This document shows, one piece after another, positions 39,180 to 52,714 of a stretch of DNA of 64,000 nucleotides. This DNA is from Octopus vulgaris. Its lineage: Eukaryota. Numbering within the stretch: the stretch's first letter is position 1; each line of letters opens with the position of its first letter. A program made the position numbers and the translations under genes. The notes beneath the pieces were generated by a model, which made no database searches, was not told the DNA's origin, and was given only the letters and a program-made list of their open reading frames with translations. Location of the stretch: contig OX597829.1 in assembly GCA_951406725.2 (NCBI GenBank), forward strand, positions 1,612,001 through 1,676,000, given 5' to 3'.

Positions 39180-40107
39180 TCCAAAAGGATTTATGCTTGA
39201 AGGCAAAACAACTACTTTGATAACCAATATTACCAAGAAATACGAGGTACGGGAATGAGACCGAAAGTCATATCAACGTTTGCGACACTAGTAATGAGAT
39301 TCTTGGAAGAAAAATCTATACGTTGTCTGAAATTACTTTTCTTTATGAAAATTGCCAATCTTGTTTAAGAGGAAACTGGAAAAGATCCATGGATGACTGC
39401 TTCGTATTTTAGAACAAAGCTAAATGGGATAAAAAGAGCTTTACAAGATTTCTTAAATTAATGTATAGCATTCAAGGATCGATACAGTTCATTGTGGAAA
39501 TAAACGAAAGGGAGCTCTCCCCATTTTCGGACATTCTGATAATTAAAGAAACAGTTACAACCGATACTTAGTTCAAGGACATAGACACACACCAATATCT
39601 ATATTTTAGATCTTACCATTCATACCATTCAGTATAGAAGGACGTATATTCTCAATAGTGACAGACATCACCAGATGAGAGAAATAACTTATAGAACAAA
39701 ATATATTTCTTCAGAAAGAAAAATACCCACAAAACCTAGTAAATCATGCCATAACAACAACAACAAAATCCCAATCTCTGCTTACAATAATGGTGAAAAC
39801 AAACCCACAAATAAAAATATTTCATTTGTATTTACCCATAAAAAAACACAGAATCTTGCAATCGGCCAAAGGATACCTTTCAGTTCTGCATCATAATTAA
39901 AGAATCACAAATCATCAAAGCCGAGGACATCCACCACATTTCAAAAAACTCTCAAGAAGAGCTAAATCCGCATCAGTGAAAGAAGCAATACAGGTACCAA
40001 ATGTAGAGACCTTCGTTGTGGGACGGGTGGAGTAATCGAAAAACGGAACAACCAAAAGATTCAAGAATGGAAAGAAACTGAAAGTGAATGCAAATATGAA
40101 TTGCAAG
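39180..40107 (+). mobile_element. Decayed Penelope-like RT fragment
   Basis: Remnants MDDCF, PF.DILIIK, THQYL.F.S.H, TKCRDLRCGT, NGKKLKVNANMNC, collinear with the element at 9100-11080. Confidence 0.7.
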
Positions 40108-40345
40108 TGACTGAGCACCCCACAGACACGCATACCCTTAATGTAGTTCTCGAGGAGATTCAGCATGACACAGAGTGTGACAAGACTGGCCCTTTGAAAT
40201 ACAGGTATTACTCATTTTTGCCAGCTGAGTGGACTGGAGCAACGTGAAATAAAGTGTCTTGCACAAGGACACAACGCGTCGCCGGGAATCGAACTCACGA
40301 CCTTACGATCGTGGGCCGACTGCCCTACCCACTAAGTCACGCCTA
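40108..40345 (-). mobile_element. SINE (family C-related)
   Basis: Shares body with 27120-27220; tRNA-like head on the minus strand. Confidence 0.7.
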
Positions 40346-40975
40346 CATACATCTATACATAAAAACATACAAAGATTCATGCATACATACATACAAACAT
40401 ACATTCTTACATACATACATGCATGCATGCAAATATTCATACATACATACATACATACACACATACACACATACATTCAAACATACATACATACATACAT
40501 ACATACTTACATGCATGCATACATACATACATACATACATACATACAAACATACATGCATACATACATACATATACATACATACATACATACATACATAC
40601 ATACATACATACGTACGTACGTACATACATACACACACATACATACATACATACATACATACATACATACATACATACATACATACATACATACATACAT
40701 ACATACATACATACATACATACATACATACATACATACATACATACACACACATACATACATACAAACATACATGCATACATACATACATATACATACAT
40801 ACATACATACAAACATACATGCATACATACATACATATACATACATACACACACATACATACATACATACATACATATATACATACATACATACATACAT
40901 ACATACATACATACATACATACATACATACATACATACATACTTACATAAATATATCACATACTACATACATATA
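40345..40975. repeat. (ACAT)n microsatellite
   Basis: Directly visible. Confidence 0.95.
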
Positions 40976-41346
40976 TCAAACACAGTAACCATATGACATT
41001 CGAAAATTCTAAATTTTACTTATTATTTCCTGATAATGGATGGATTGGTACTATAATTAGTATTTTTCGATTACTCCACCCGTCCCACAACGAAGGTCTC
41101 TACATTTGGTACTTGTATTGCTTCTTTCACTGATGCGGATTTAGCTCTTCTTGAGAGTTTTTTGAAATGTGGTGGATGTCCTGTACTTTGTACTGTCGTA
41201 TTCAGCTCAAACAGAATCCTTAATCTAGATTTTAATAACTTTTTCTATCGTTTAACCATAAATCTGTACTTTTCAATGAAAATACATATTACTATTAAAT
41301 GTGTCTCAAAAATATTTATACAGCAACAAATTAGTTCCAGAAATAA

Positions 41347-41922
41347 GGAATTTTATTCCCAGCGAATTTAGTTTTTCAGCAACTGATTTGTTGTGATGTG
41401 TAGCTTCGGTAAACTTTATCAAAAGAACGCCTAAGTACTAGGTAACCTATACTTTGTTATGACATATTAACATGTTAGGAATTACTTCAAAAAATCTTAG
41501 TCTAAACTCAATTTATTACTGAAGTTTGTTCTCATGAGAAAAATTGCGGTGAAAACAAAAAATATAGTTTCACCTGTGCAGGTTATCCATGACATTCACT
41601 TCTAACAGGAGAATGTTTACGAACACACGTTGTGGTTACTTGCATGCAAAATGGCGTATTTTATTCCCCAGATAGATACATTATTATCATTTAATTTGTT
41701 ATGACATGTAGTCTTATCAAAAGAACATATAAGCACCAGGAAACCTACACTTTGTTATGACAAGTTAAGTTCTGAATTGTTTCAAAAACCTTTGTCTAAA
41801 TTCAGTTTATTACTCAAGTTAGTTCGTATGGGAAAAATTACGATGAGAATATAATGTAATGTTCTGCCATTACAGGTTGTCAATGCCATTCACCTCTACC
41901 ATAATAACATGAGAATATTTAC
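41347..41922 (+). ncRNA. Structured repeat units U13 and U14 (tandem pair; U14 has a deletion in the hairpin 5' arm)
   Basis: Two consecutive copies matching the consensus. Confidence 0.55.
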
Positions 41923-42619
41923 GGCCAGGAGGCAGCCACTTGAACTCTACCAAAAAGCTCTTAAATCTCCCTCACATCATACCTTATTGTGTTAAAACAG
42001 AATACTTCAAAATGCAAGCCTATATAAAATGTCTATGAAGTGCAGACTATAATGCTACTGTTAGATTTAAGAATAAGACCAGCAGTGTTTAGATAAATTT
42101 CGCTTCGGTAGGAATTGATTTGGTATCATTTATTCAAACATAATTCTTTCAATAGTTCATTATCTGTTTTCTCCATCTTTGTTTTAAGTGCGTTAGAGAA
42201 AGGTCATTCCAACAGATGTATGTTCAAATGCTTTCACTCCGAGGCTCTCCTTAATATTATTCCGAAATTGTGTATGTACCAATAAACGATCTAAATTGTC
42301 CTTGCATATTTGTGCTCACCCATCAGAACTATGATCAAGTTGTTCCAGAGTTGAGCATCGTATATTTTATTAAAAAATTATATATCTTGCTATATTCTAC
42401 TTCAGGACATATTAACCGACACTACATGTCATACTGTATGTAAACTTTACATCCGTATATACATTATATCTTCGAACAAAGTTTGTATATTAATGCGAAA
42501 CACACATGCTGTCTACAAATTCCTAGATATATTTTAATGTGAATTACATCAATAAAACTAAAAAAAACTGTTAACACAGTTATAATTAAATATTTCAAAC
42601 GTTAATGAAATGTTAAATA

Positions 42620-42782
42620 GGCGCAGGAGTGGCTGTGTGGTAAGTAGCTTGCTTACCAACCACATGGTTCCGGGTTCAATCCCACTGCGTGGCACCTTGG
42701 GCAAGTGTCTTCTACAATAGCCTCGGGCCGACCAAAACCTTGTGAGTGGATTTGGTAGACGGAAACTGAAAGAAGCCCGTCG

Positions 42783-42836
<54 letters not shown>

Positions 42837-42945
42837 TGTGTCTGTGTTTGTCCCCCTAGCATCGCTTGACAACCGATGCTGGTGTGTTTACGTCCCCGTA
42901 ACTTAGCGGTTCGGCAAAAGAGGCCGATAGAATAACTACTGGGAT
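42620..42945 (+). mobile_element. SINE family B (3' truncated)
   Basis: Head and core present. Confidence 0.85.
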
Positions 42946-43194
42946 TACTGTTGAAAAATGTTAATTCATTGAATTAAGTCCTGATTGTTTTTCTGTCCAA
43001 ACATTTCGACAGACCTGATAGAGGAACATTTTCAAGTCTAACTTTACGTCCATGTCGATGTTTGAACCTGGAATTTGTACCTTACTAACTTGGTCTGATT
43101 TCCAAAAGATGATGTTATAATCTTGAAGTAAAAATGCGTATTTTTATAATATGAGTAAAAATGTATGAAAATCAACAAACTGCTTTAATAAACT

Positions 43195-43770
43195 GTTTAT
43201 ATTCCCAGAGAGATAAGGTTTTTTATTAATTGATTTGTTTTGACATGTAGCTATAGTAAACTTTAATTAGAGAACATACAAGTACCAGGTAACCTACATT
43301 TTGTTATGACAAGTTAATATATTATGAATTAGTTAGAAAAACCGTAGCTTAAGCTTAGTTTGTTACTAAACTCAGTTCTCATGGGAAAAATTACGGTGAG
43401 AAAAGTAAAGTTTCACCTGTACGGCTTTCACCTCAACCATAGCATGAAAACGTTTATGGTTACACGATTGCAAAATGGTAAATTTTATTTCCCAGAGAGA
43501 TACATTTTTAATAATTGATTTGCTGTGACATGTGGCTTTGATAAACTTTAGCAAAAAAACATCTAAGTACCAAGTAAACTACACTTTCTATAAGAGGTCA
43601 TGTTATGAATTACTTCAAAAATCTCAATTTTGTTAGTTCTTTTGGGAAAAATTACGGTGATAAAAAAATGAAAGTTTCACCAGTACAAGTTGTGAATGGC
43701 ATTCATATATACATTTTTATATATAGATGCTCATATAATTTCACCTCTACCGTCCACGAAAAAGTTTACT
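43195..43770 (+). ncRNA. Structured repeat units U15 and U16 (tandem pair, each with an indel)
   Basis: U15 lacks most of stem P3; U16 has a damaged 3' arm and an AT-rich insertion in P3. Confidence 0.55.
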
Positions 43771-43854
43771 GACCAAAGAAGAACTCTTAAGACCGTCCAT
43801 GGGTCTGCAGGTCTGCTGGAATCAGCAGGAAAATCACTATAATATCTCACCATA

Positions 43855-44228
43855 ACACATGGTTCCGGGTTCATTCCCACTGCGTGGCACCTTGGGCAAG
43901 TGTCTTCTACATTAGCCTCGGGCCGACCAAAGCCTTGTGAGTGGATTTCGTAGACGGAAACTGAAAGAAGCCCGTCATATGTATGTATATATATATATGC
44001 GTGTGTGTGTTTGTGTGTCTGTGTTTGTCCCCCTAACATTGCTTGACAACCGATGCTGGTGTGTTTATGTCCCCGTTACTTAGCGGTTCGGCAAAAGAGA
44101 CCGATAGAATAAGTACTGGACTTACAAAAGAATAAGTCCCAGGGTCGAGTTGCTCGATTAAAGGCGCTGCTCCAGCATGGTTGCAGTCAAATGACTGAAA
44201 CAAGTAAATGAGTAAAAGAGAGTAAGGA
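43855..44228 (+). mobile_element. SINE family B (5' truncated)
   Basis: Core and tail present. Confidence 0.85.
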
Positions 44229-44257
44229 GTATAGGAATATACTAATGACGTAAACGG

Positions 44258-44530
44258 GATATTTTATTCTCAGGGAGAAGTTCTTTATTTATTAATTGAT
44301 TTGTTGTGACATGTAGCTTTGGTAAACTTTAACTAAAATACATCTAAGCACCAAATAACCTACACTTTGTTGTGGCAAGTCAACATGTTATCAATTACTC
44401 CAGAAGAATCCGTTTCAAAAAGTCTGTTCCCATGGGAAAAAATATATTGAGAAAAAAACATAGTTTCAAATGTACAGGTTGTTAGCGGCATTCACCTCTA
44501 CCATAACATGAGAAAGATTAAGAATACACA
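44258..44530 (+). ncRNA. Structured repeat unit U17
   Basis: Full-length match to the unit consensus. Confidence 0.6.
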
Positions 44531-44716
44531 AGAGACGCTTGAAGTTATATCCTGGAACTGGAACTAACAGTCAAATTGCCCTAAAAAATACCTTAGTATA
44601 TTAAATAATAGGTTACATAATGCAAATCTTTATATACCTAAGAAATACTAAATTAATTATTATTATAATGTAAATAACGATGATCATAATTATATTGGTT
44701 TCAAATATAATTATGA

Positions 44717-45160
44717 GCGGCGAGCTGGCAGAATTGTTAGCACGCCGGGCGAAATGCTAAGCGGTATTTCGTCTGCTGTTACATTCTGAGTTCAAATTCC
44801 GCCTTGGTCGACTTTGCCTTTTATCCTTTCGGAGTCGATTAAATAAGTACCAGTTACGTACTTGGGTCGATATAATAAGCTTAATCCGTTTGTTTGTCCT
44901 TGTTTGTCCTCTCTGTGTTTAGCCCCTTGTGGGTAGTAAAGAAATATATATTGGTTTCAAATTATAGTACAAGGCTGGCAAGTTCGTGAGGGTGTAAATC
45001 TATTACACTGACCCCAGTTTTCAACTGGTACTTATTTCATTGACCCCGAAATTTAAGGTAAAGTCGACTTCGGCGGAATTTGAACTTAGAACCTAAAGAT
45101 GGACGAAATGCCGCTAAGCATTTTTCCCGGCGTGCTAACCATTCTGACAGCTTACTGCCT
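44717..45160. mobile_element. Two family A SINEs tail-to-tail (+ 44717-44945, - 44950-45160)
   Basis: Family A head on each strand. Confidence 0.8.
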
Positions 45161-45562
45161 TAATTATCATAATTATATCGGCAATTATTAAACACGAATA
45201 TCGGTAAAGGCTCACAAAGAACCACACAGAGATTTCTTTCACATTAGTTTCCACACAATGATGTAACATAGTCGATGTTTTACTAAGACATAGTTTATCT
45301 CCAATCTCAACATTGTACATGTTGTTCTTTTTTGATTCTGTGTTTAGTCCCTGCATTAGTCCTGATCCTACAGATCTACTATGATACGAGCTTCTTCTTG
45401 AACTGCCGTTTCTGTTTCTTTCTTTCTTTCTTTCTTTTTCTTTTCTCTTTTTTTTTTCGTTGTATAGATCGTATAAAACACATTATTTAACGTGTCGTAA
45501 TTTCTTCCACATGTTTGTTTGTTGGACGTCGTAGATCAAAGTATTCCAGCCGTGACCACACC

Positions 45563-45815
45563 CTCATCATCATCATCATCACTGTTCGACCGCGGTCGAG
45601 ACAATGGAATTTACTATGTTACGCCAGACTTCACGGTCCATCATGGCATTACGGAGGTCCTGTGGCTGGATGTCTGTATCCCTGGAGATTACATCAGGGT
45701 TGGAGAGTGTGCACCCTCTGGTATTGCGAGTAGATGGCCTCAAGAGAAGAGTAGAAATTGCCTCGTTTTCAGCTCTACAACAATGTCCAGCAAACTGGAC
45801 TCTTCTACCTTTCAC
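45563..45815 (-). mobile_element. RTE-like LINE 3' fragment
   Basis: VKGRRVQFAGHCCRAENE..LRNAMMDREVWRNIV, same family as 13880-14300. Confidence 0.8.
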
Positions 45816-46405
45816 CACACCCTCAATTCTAGTTTATATTGAACTGCATTATATGATATGTCTTCCATCTACCGCTTTTTATTGTTTTTGTTATTCATTT
45901 AACCCCGAGTCAACGTAAGTATATTCCAGGATGTGTTTTCTGTCTTTATACACGTTTTCTGCACAGAGGTGACTTGAAGGAGATTTGGCTATAACCTTTC
46001 ACAATATAGAGATACGATATAAAATTCTACACTGAACAGAATGTCAATTATTTGCTCATTCAAATTCATAATAATTTGTGATTGTTATATTTTCCAAAAG
46101 AATTTTTAAATGCGGTAGTCAGTAATAAATAATTTATTCGTTAATTTTTTATCAATGCTTTGACTGAATCAAAAACAACACTTGCAGTCGCCGAGTGTAT
46201 TCCAGCAGTCCATCCATTCATCCATCCATCCACCTATCCATCGATCGATCCATCCGTCCACATATACATGCATTACATGCATTAAAGACCAATTCGGATG
46301 TGTGATATACATATAGTTATACATATATATATATGTATGTATGTATGTATGTATATATACATATACATACACACACGCATATATATGTATATATATATAT
46401 GTATG

Positions 46406-46437
<32 letters not shown>

Positions 46438-46578
46438 TGCAATGGCCTAGTGGTTAGGGCAGCGGACTTGCGGTCGGAGGATATCCCAGACCGGGCGTTG
46501 TGTGTGTTTATTGAGCGAAAACATCTAAAATATATGGTGGTATACTCTTTATAAATATATATGACTGAAACAATACAA

Positions 46579-46612
<34 letters not shown>

Positions 46613-46629
46613 TGCATATTTATATTGAG

Positions 46630-46930
46630 ACACCCTTCAGTCATGAATGACCGTGGGCTTGCACCTAGAAAGTTACCCTCCCAGGCACAAATCCGGGCAA
46701 GGTTGTTTATGGAAGATCAGCAGTCGCCCATGCATACCGGCCTCTCCGCTTCACGCCACCAGTGTTACCCAAGGGAAAGGCAAAGGGGCCGATACAGCTT
46801 GGCACCTGTGACGTCGCAACTCATTTCTACAGCTGAGTGAACTGGTGCAACGTGAAATAAAGTGTCTTGCTCAAGATCACAACACGCATCCCGGTCCGGG
46901 TATTCGAGACTCACAACCTTCACGATCATG
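46630..46930 (-). mobile_element. SINE (family C-related)
   Basis: Reverse complement of body at 27240-27420. Confidence 0.7.
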
Positions 46931-47799
46931 AATCTAACCGTGGGCTTGCACCTTCACACTCGCGCGCGCACACACATATAGCAGTAAAAATCGGGATTTA
47001 AAAATTCAAGCAGTTATCAATAAAGCACTCAGTTTTAAAAGAATTTGGTTAACTATATACAGCAATCAGCAGCAGCACATGTAAGTGGAATACCCATCCA
47101 AGGTAATTCCTCGTATATAACAAGTAGATCCAAATATCATTTAGGAGAATTTTGAGAAATTCAGAGTATTAGACAACAAAAATACAGATAGAGGAAATGA
47201 CATCTTTAATTTTAGAGCTCACCTCGCAAAGCCGACTATTGTTTCTGTTAAACGTGTTTAGATATAGAAAATATCATTGAAATTAATATTTCCGAAAATA
47301 CGTGTTAACACAACGTTTTCAAGGGGATCCAAAATTAATTAAATTTAAAGTGAACTAAGGAAATATTTCCTGTACAGAAAAGCATGCAAAAAGAACGCTA
47401 AGAACAAATGTAATCTAAGAAAAGCTATTTTTCTATTCAACAATTAGTGACGTCAGTGGATAACGAAAGAATAAAAAATAAACATACGAATTCTACTCAC
47501 AACTAGAAACAGATTTTATGTCAAGATAATTAGTTATCTGTTTATTGAATATTGTAAACATTTTAGGAAAATCATGCTTATTATATAACATATGAAAAGC
47601 AATTATATTTAAGAACTGAAATATTTGAATGCCTTCCGAAATTTGTGGCAACATTTCATTGTAAAACTACCATTAAAATTTGATAAAATTAATTTAGAAG
47701 TAATTATATAATACATTTCTTCAAGGCAAAGATCACATGTAGAATTGCCAATATCGTACGATGGTGCGTAACTAACATTGGACCGCTTTAAATCATACT

Positions 47800-48225
47800 A
47801 AATATTATCTTTTAAATCCCAAATGCATTTACTAAGACTTGCAGAATTACCTTTTCTATACTTAAATGAGAAAAATTATGAAATCTATATTTCAAGTTTG
47901 TAGCAGATGAACCTATGTAATAATACTTATGATCCCTAATTCTGAGAGGAGAACTAGTAACAATTCTTTTAACCATGAGTACCATATACAAATGAAAAAC
48001 TGCCTGTGTAATTGTAAAGACAAAATTGTCAGCCCGTTAGAAAATCAGTGTTCAAGGGAGAATATAGTTCATCAGTGTAAGATAACAAGGGATCATAAAT
48101 ATTATTACATAGGTCCATCTGCTATAATTTGGAAATCTTGATTTCATAATCATTCTCATTCATTTAAATATGAGTAATTCTACAAATCTTAACAAATGCA
48201 TTTGGGATTTAAAAGATAAGGACAT
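47800..48225 (+). mobile_element. Decayed Penelope GIY-YIG fragment with a short inverted duplication
   Basis: CNCKDK..PLENQC.RENIVHQCKI..YYYIG; 47805-47850 is the reverse complement of 48174-48219. Confidence 0.65.
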
Positions 48226-48749
48226 TCCTATTATGAGACATGTAAAAGGTAAAAATTAAAAGACTAGAAAATCTCAGAAAAAAAATATAAATAAGCAAAC
48301 TGCAAAAATGGTGAATGTTCTTCCTACAAATGATTAGGATAACTGGGATTATGAAAAACTGCCAGATTTTCTTACAATTTAAAGGATGATGGGCACAACA
48401 AGATGTTCTCCTTCACACTCTTGCTACAAAGCCGTTCAATATTGGCTTTAAATTAAATAGACCAAACAAAATATTTCGAGAAAATAGATGCATGCATCCA
48501 TCCATCCATCCAGCCATACGTACACTCGTTCATGCATTTTGTCATTATTTAATATTCTTGTTTTTGGTCTTCCAACATTTCGATTGGCCTATTAGAGTAA
48601 CATCTTCAAACCTAACTTTTCAGCTGTGTCACAGTTTGAACATGGGATCTATATTTTACTAACGTGGTCTGATGTTCCAACCAAGAGTAAAAATACATTT
48701 CGCTGTCACATGAGTAAAAATGTACGGAGATCAACAAGCTGCTTAAGGT

Positions 48750-49306
48750 GGGAATTATATTCCTAGAGACATACATTTTTGTAATTGATTTGTTGTGGCA
48801 CGTAGCTTTGGTAAACAAAAGAACTTATAAGCACCAGATAGCCGACATCTCGCGATGACAAGTCGGCTTGTTATGAAATGGTCGAAAATCCTTAGGTTAA
48901 AATCAGTTTATTACATAAGTTCTCGTGAGAAAAAAAGAATTTTACCTATACGGGCTGTCTATGGCGTTAACCTCTAGCATAACATGAGAAAGTTTACGAA
49001 TACACACTGTGTTATTTCTCAGAGAGATACTTTTTTGGTTGTTGATTTTTTGCGACATGTAGCTTTGGTAAACCTTGACAGAATATCTAAGCACCAGGTA
49101 AACTACGTTTTGTTATGACAAGTCAACATGTTATGAATTCCTTTAAAAAAATGTCTTTGTCTAATGTCAGTTTATTGTTGAAGTCAGTTCTCATGAGAAA
49201 AGTCGGGGAAAGACGTTCTCATGAGAAAAATCGAGGAAAGACGTTCTCATGAGAAAAAAATAACGTTTCACCTGTAGAGGTTGTCAATGGAATTCACCTC
49301 TACCAT
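48750..49306 (+). ncRNA. Structured repeat units U18 and U19 (tandem pair)
   Basis: Two consecutive copies; U19 carries three copies of GTTCTCATGAGAAAA (49187-49256). Confidence 0.6.
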
Positions 49307-49359
49307 GATGTATTCAATGTAGCTATTATAATTGTTGAAAATAGTAAGTAACTCTATCC

Positions 49360-49675
49360 CACATTTTGTTTTTTGTTTGTTCCTTCTCGAGCCGTGCCTG
49401 GCTCATAAGGGCCTGTTTCCCGGTTTCTTGGTGTATAGGTTTCCCACCTGAACGGGAAGCCAGTCCGTTGCAGGTGAGCTGCAAGATGCAGGTGGAAAGC
49501 GTGAGAGAAAGTTGTGCCGAAAGAGTCAGCAGAAGTTCGCCATTACCTTCTGCCGGAGCCGCATGGAGCTTAGGTGTTTCGCTCATAAACACACACATCA
49601 CTCGGTCTGAGATTCGAACCTGCGATCCCTCGACCGCGAGTCCGCTGCTCTAACAACTAGGCCATGTGCCTCCAC
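49360..49675 (-). mobile_element. SINE family C
   Basis: Close to 2710-3016. Confidence 0.85.
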
Positions 49676-50949
49676 CTAACCCACATTACTCCTTATCATC
49701 ATTCTTTTCTGAAATTAATCTGCCTGAGAGCACTCCTAGTTCTACGATACAAACTTCTTGTTCCAAGCAGAATCTAAGTTAAAAACCTTCCAACATTTCA
49801 TTTCAATTTCTGTTACAATTACAAGCTTTATTATAATGACAAAAGTTATTTTACCAAATTCTTCATTATTTTCAAAATTGATTAAAACAAGGATGAATGG
49901 CAAAATGGTATTTTTATTTTATCGACTCCGAAAAGGATGAAAGGCAAAGTCGAACTCGACGGAATTCGAATTCAGAACGTAAAAACGGATGAATGCCGCT
50001 AAACATTTTGCCTGGCGCTTTAATGATTCTGCCAGAGCGGGGCCTTAGTCATCTACATTATTGATGTCTAATATAGTCACAGGGCTACAAATCTAGGGTG
50101 ACTGGATGGGGCTTATAGCCGACGATATGAACCATTTGAATGGCCCTTTATTTTACCAATCTCTGAAAGGTGAAAGATAAAAGCAGTCCAAAGATGTATT
50201 TAAAAGCAGTCCAAAGATGTATTTAAACTCGGAACGTTAAAAAAAAATAACGAAACTAAATACCACAAGAAATTTAGTGCGAAGCTTTACCGATTCGACC
50301 TCTGCTCAAAACAATGAAAAGACACGGGGTGGAATTCATCAATAACCACCCTGTGCTTTTACTTTGTTTTGTTTTTGGTATTTTTTTTGTGTTCCAGACA
50401 GCTTTGATTAAATTTGTTCCAGCTGTGACACTTCTGCTTTTATTTAGAAACAGAATGACCTGGTATTTATTGATTCTTTGTAGTTGATCGACATATGGCC
50501 CAAGGTCAACCCTTATCGAGTAGAATTATCGATCTGGATTATGATCGGAGGTGCTCCAGCTTGACCATCCGGGCTTTTACTTAGACATTGTGTACCTAAG
50601 ACTACATTAAAGTATTCTTAACGTTACATTGCTGTTGTGGTCGTTTCGCCATTTCAGCACTAACCTAGCGGGCAAGTTACCAAAGATGTTCCACCTATAA
50701 AATCCTTTCTTTAGATTCAGACATGATGTATTTAGGTCTGCATTTGCTAATGTGTCCTTCCTCGTTGTTGTTGTTGTTGTCGTTGCAGTGGCTGCTGCTG
50801 CTGCTTCTGCTGCTGCTGCTATTGTTGTTGTCACTGTTATCGTTTAGCTCACGATTGATCAGTTCATTTTAGACTTTACCGTTTAATCTGTCGTTCTGTG
50901 TGTTGTTGTTGTTGTTGCTGCTGTTGCTGTTGCTGTTGTTGTTGAGCGA

Positions 50950-51282
50950 AGCGGTCTTCGTCCCAGAGCTCGCAAGATCGCGCCTCTGTAGTGGGAGAAG
51001 TCCGAAACGTGGTCCTTTGCTATTCGTAAGACCCGCAGAAGAGAAAGCACCGACACCGACAGCGGTTGCGTAGGAAGTCGGGGACAAGAAACAGGAAGAA
51101 AGAGTGAGAGAAAGTTGGAGCAAAAGAGTACAACAGGGGTTGCCACTACCCCCTGCTGGAGCCTCGTGGAGCTTTAGGTGTTTTCACTCAATAAAGATAC
51201 ACAACGCCCGGTCTGGGAATCGAAACCGCGATCCTCCGACCGCGAGTCCGCTGCCCTAACCATTGGGCCATTGCGTTTCCAC
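50950..51282 (-). mobile_element. SINE family C variant
   Basis: Family C head on the minus strand with a different 3' body. Confidence 0.75.
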
Positions 51283-51517
51283 CTGCTGCTGTCTTTAGCC
51301 TCTAGTGAGCTCTAATCTATTAAACTTAAACAATCAACTATAATCCAGATATGACCATCCCATTTTATATTCAGATATTGTGTATGTAACATTACATTAT
51401 CTACTATTACTTTCCTTCATATTCTTTCTAATACAAACTCCATCCAGAAGACGATAATAAAAAAGAAATATTATAAGTATTACCGTCTCATCTATTTTCA
51501 GACAATATTGTCTCACA

Positions 51518-51751
51518 CAGTGGTTCCCCAACCGGGGTCCTTAAAGATTTTGTTGTTAAAATTTATGTGCACTAATTTGTTTACACTTCTACAAGGTACA
51601 AAATATTTTAACGATTTTTAAATACAATTCCTAATAATATTTTAATATGAAAATCATGATGGGATTTCTAAAACATCGAATGGTCCTGAAGATCGACTTG
51701 AGTAAAATAAAAATCAAAGGGGTCCAGACAAAAATTGGTTGAAAACCACTG
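51518..51751. mobile_element. hAT-type MITE
   Basis: TIR CAGTGGTTCCCCAACC / GGTTGAAAACCACTG; imperfect 8-bp TSD GTCTCACA/GTCTAATA; related fragments at ~62987-63140. Confidence 0.7.
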
Positions 51752-51876
51752 GTCTAATATGTTATTGTTGTTGTTGTCGTTGTAGGTATTAGAATGTCTG
51801 TCCTAAGCAAGCAGAATTATCACCAAGGACGTTCCTGTCGTTACCATCCCTTGCTGAGATTATAAATGCCTGACGA

Positions 51877-52108
51877 AGGCGGCGAGCTGGCAGAAACGTT
51901 AGCTCGCCGGGCGAAATGTTTTGCGGTATTTCGTCCACCGCTGCGTTCGGAGTTCAAATTCCGCCGAGGTCGACTTTGCCTTTCATCCTTTCGGGGTCGA
52001 TAAATTAAGTGCCAGTTACGCACTGGGGTCGATGTAATCGACTTAATCCGTTTGTCTGTCCTTGTTTGTCCTCTCTGTGTTTAGCCCCTTGTGGGTAGTA
52101 AAGAAATA
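51877..52108 (+). mobile_element. SINE family A
   Basis: Full copy with TSD GATTATAAATGCCTGAC. Confidence 0.9.
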
Positions 52109-52515
52109 GATTATAAATGCCTGACATCTGTCAAAGGTCTGTTTCTTTTAAAATGCGACCTATTGTTTATTGAACTCAGATCTGCCATTACCAAATATAC
52201 GTATCCAGGAACCGACTTCCGATTATTGACATGCTCAAGAATTACATTCTGCTATTCTGAGATATTAGATTTTTAGTGATCTCTGTGTGGAAACGGTAAT
52301 TGCTAGCAATTCGTGGGTTCGAGTTCATTAAGCCTAACACAATTTATCACTTTACTGACGAAAAATATTTAAGTTTTCAATATTCGAATTATTCAACTTT
52401 CTCAGACGCTTTTGTACATACGGGCTATCCTCTCACAGCAAACTCAACCATGTGCTGCCATCTGTTGGCACGTTACAGAACTAATCAGGAAACTTTTTGA
52501 TATCACCTCGTGTGC

Positions 52516-52586
<71 letters not shown>

Positions 52587-52714
52587 TGTGTGTGTATGTG
52601 TGCATGTGTGCCTGTGTGTGCGAGCGTGAGTGTGTGTGTGCGTGCTAAGTGAGATCTGACTACTATTTTCGAGAGATGAAGTGACCATCTTGAGGTTTTC
52701 TTTTATGTCAGTAA

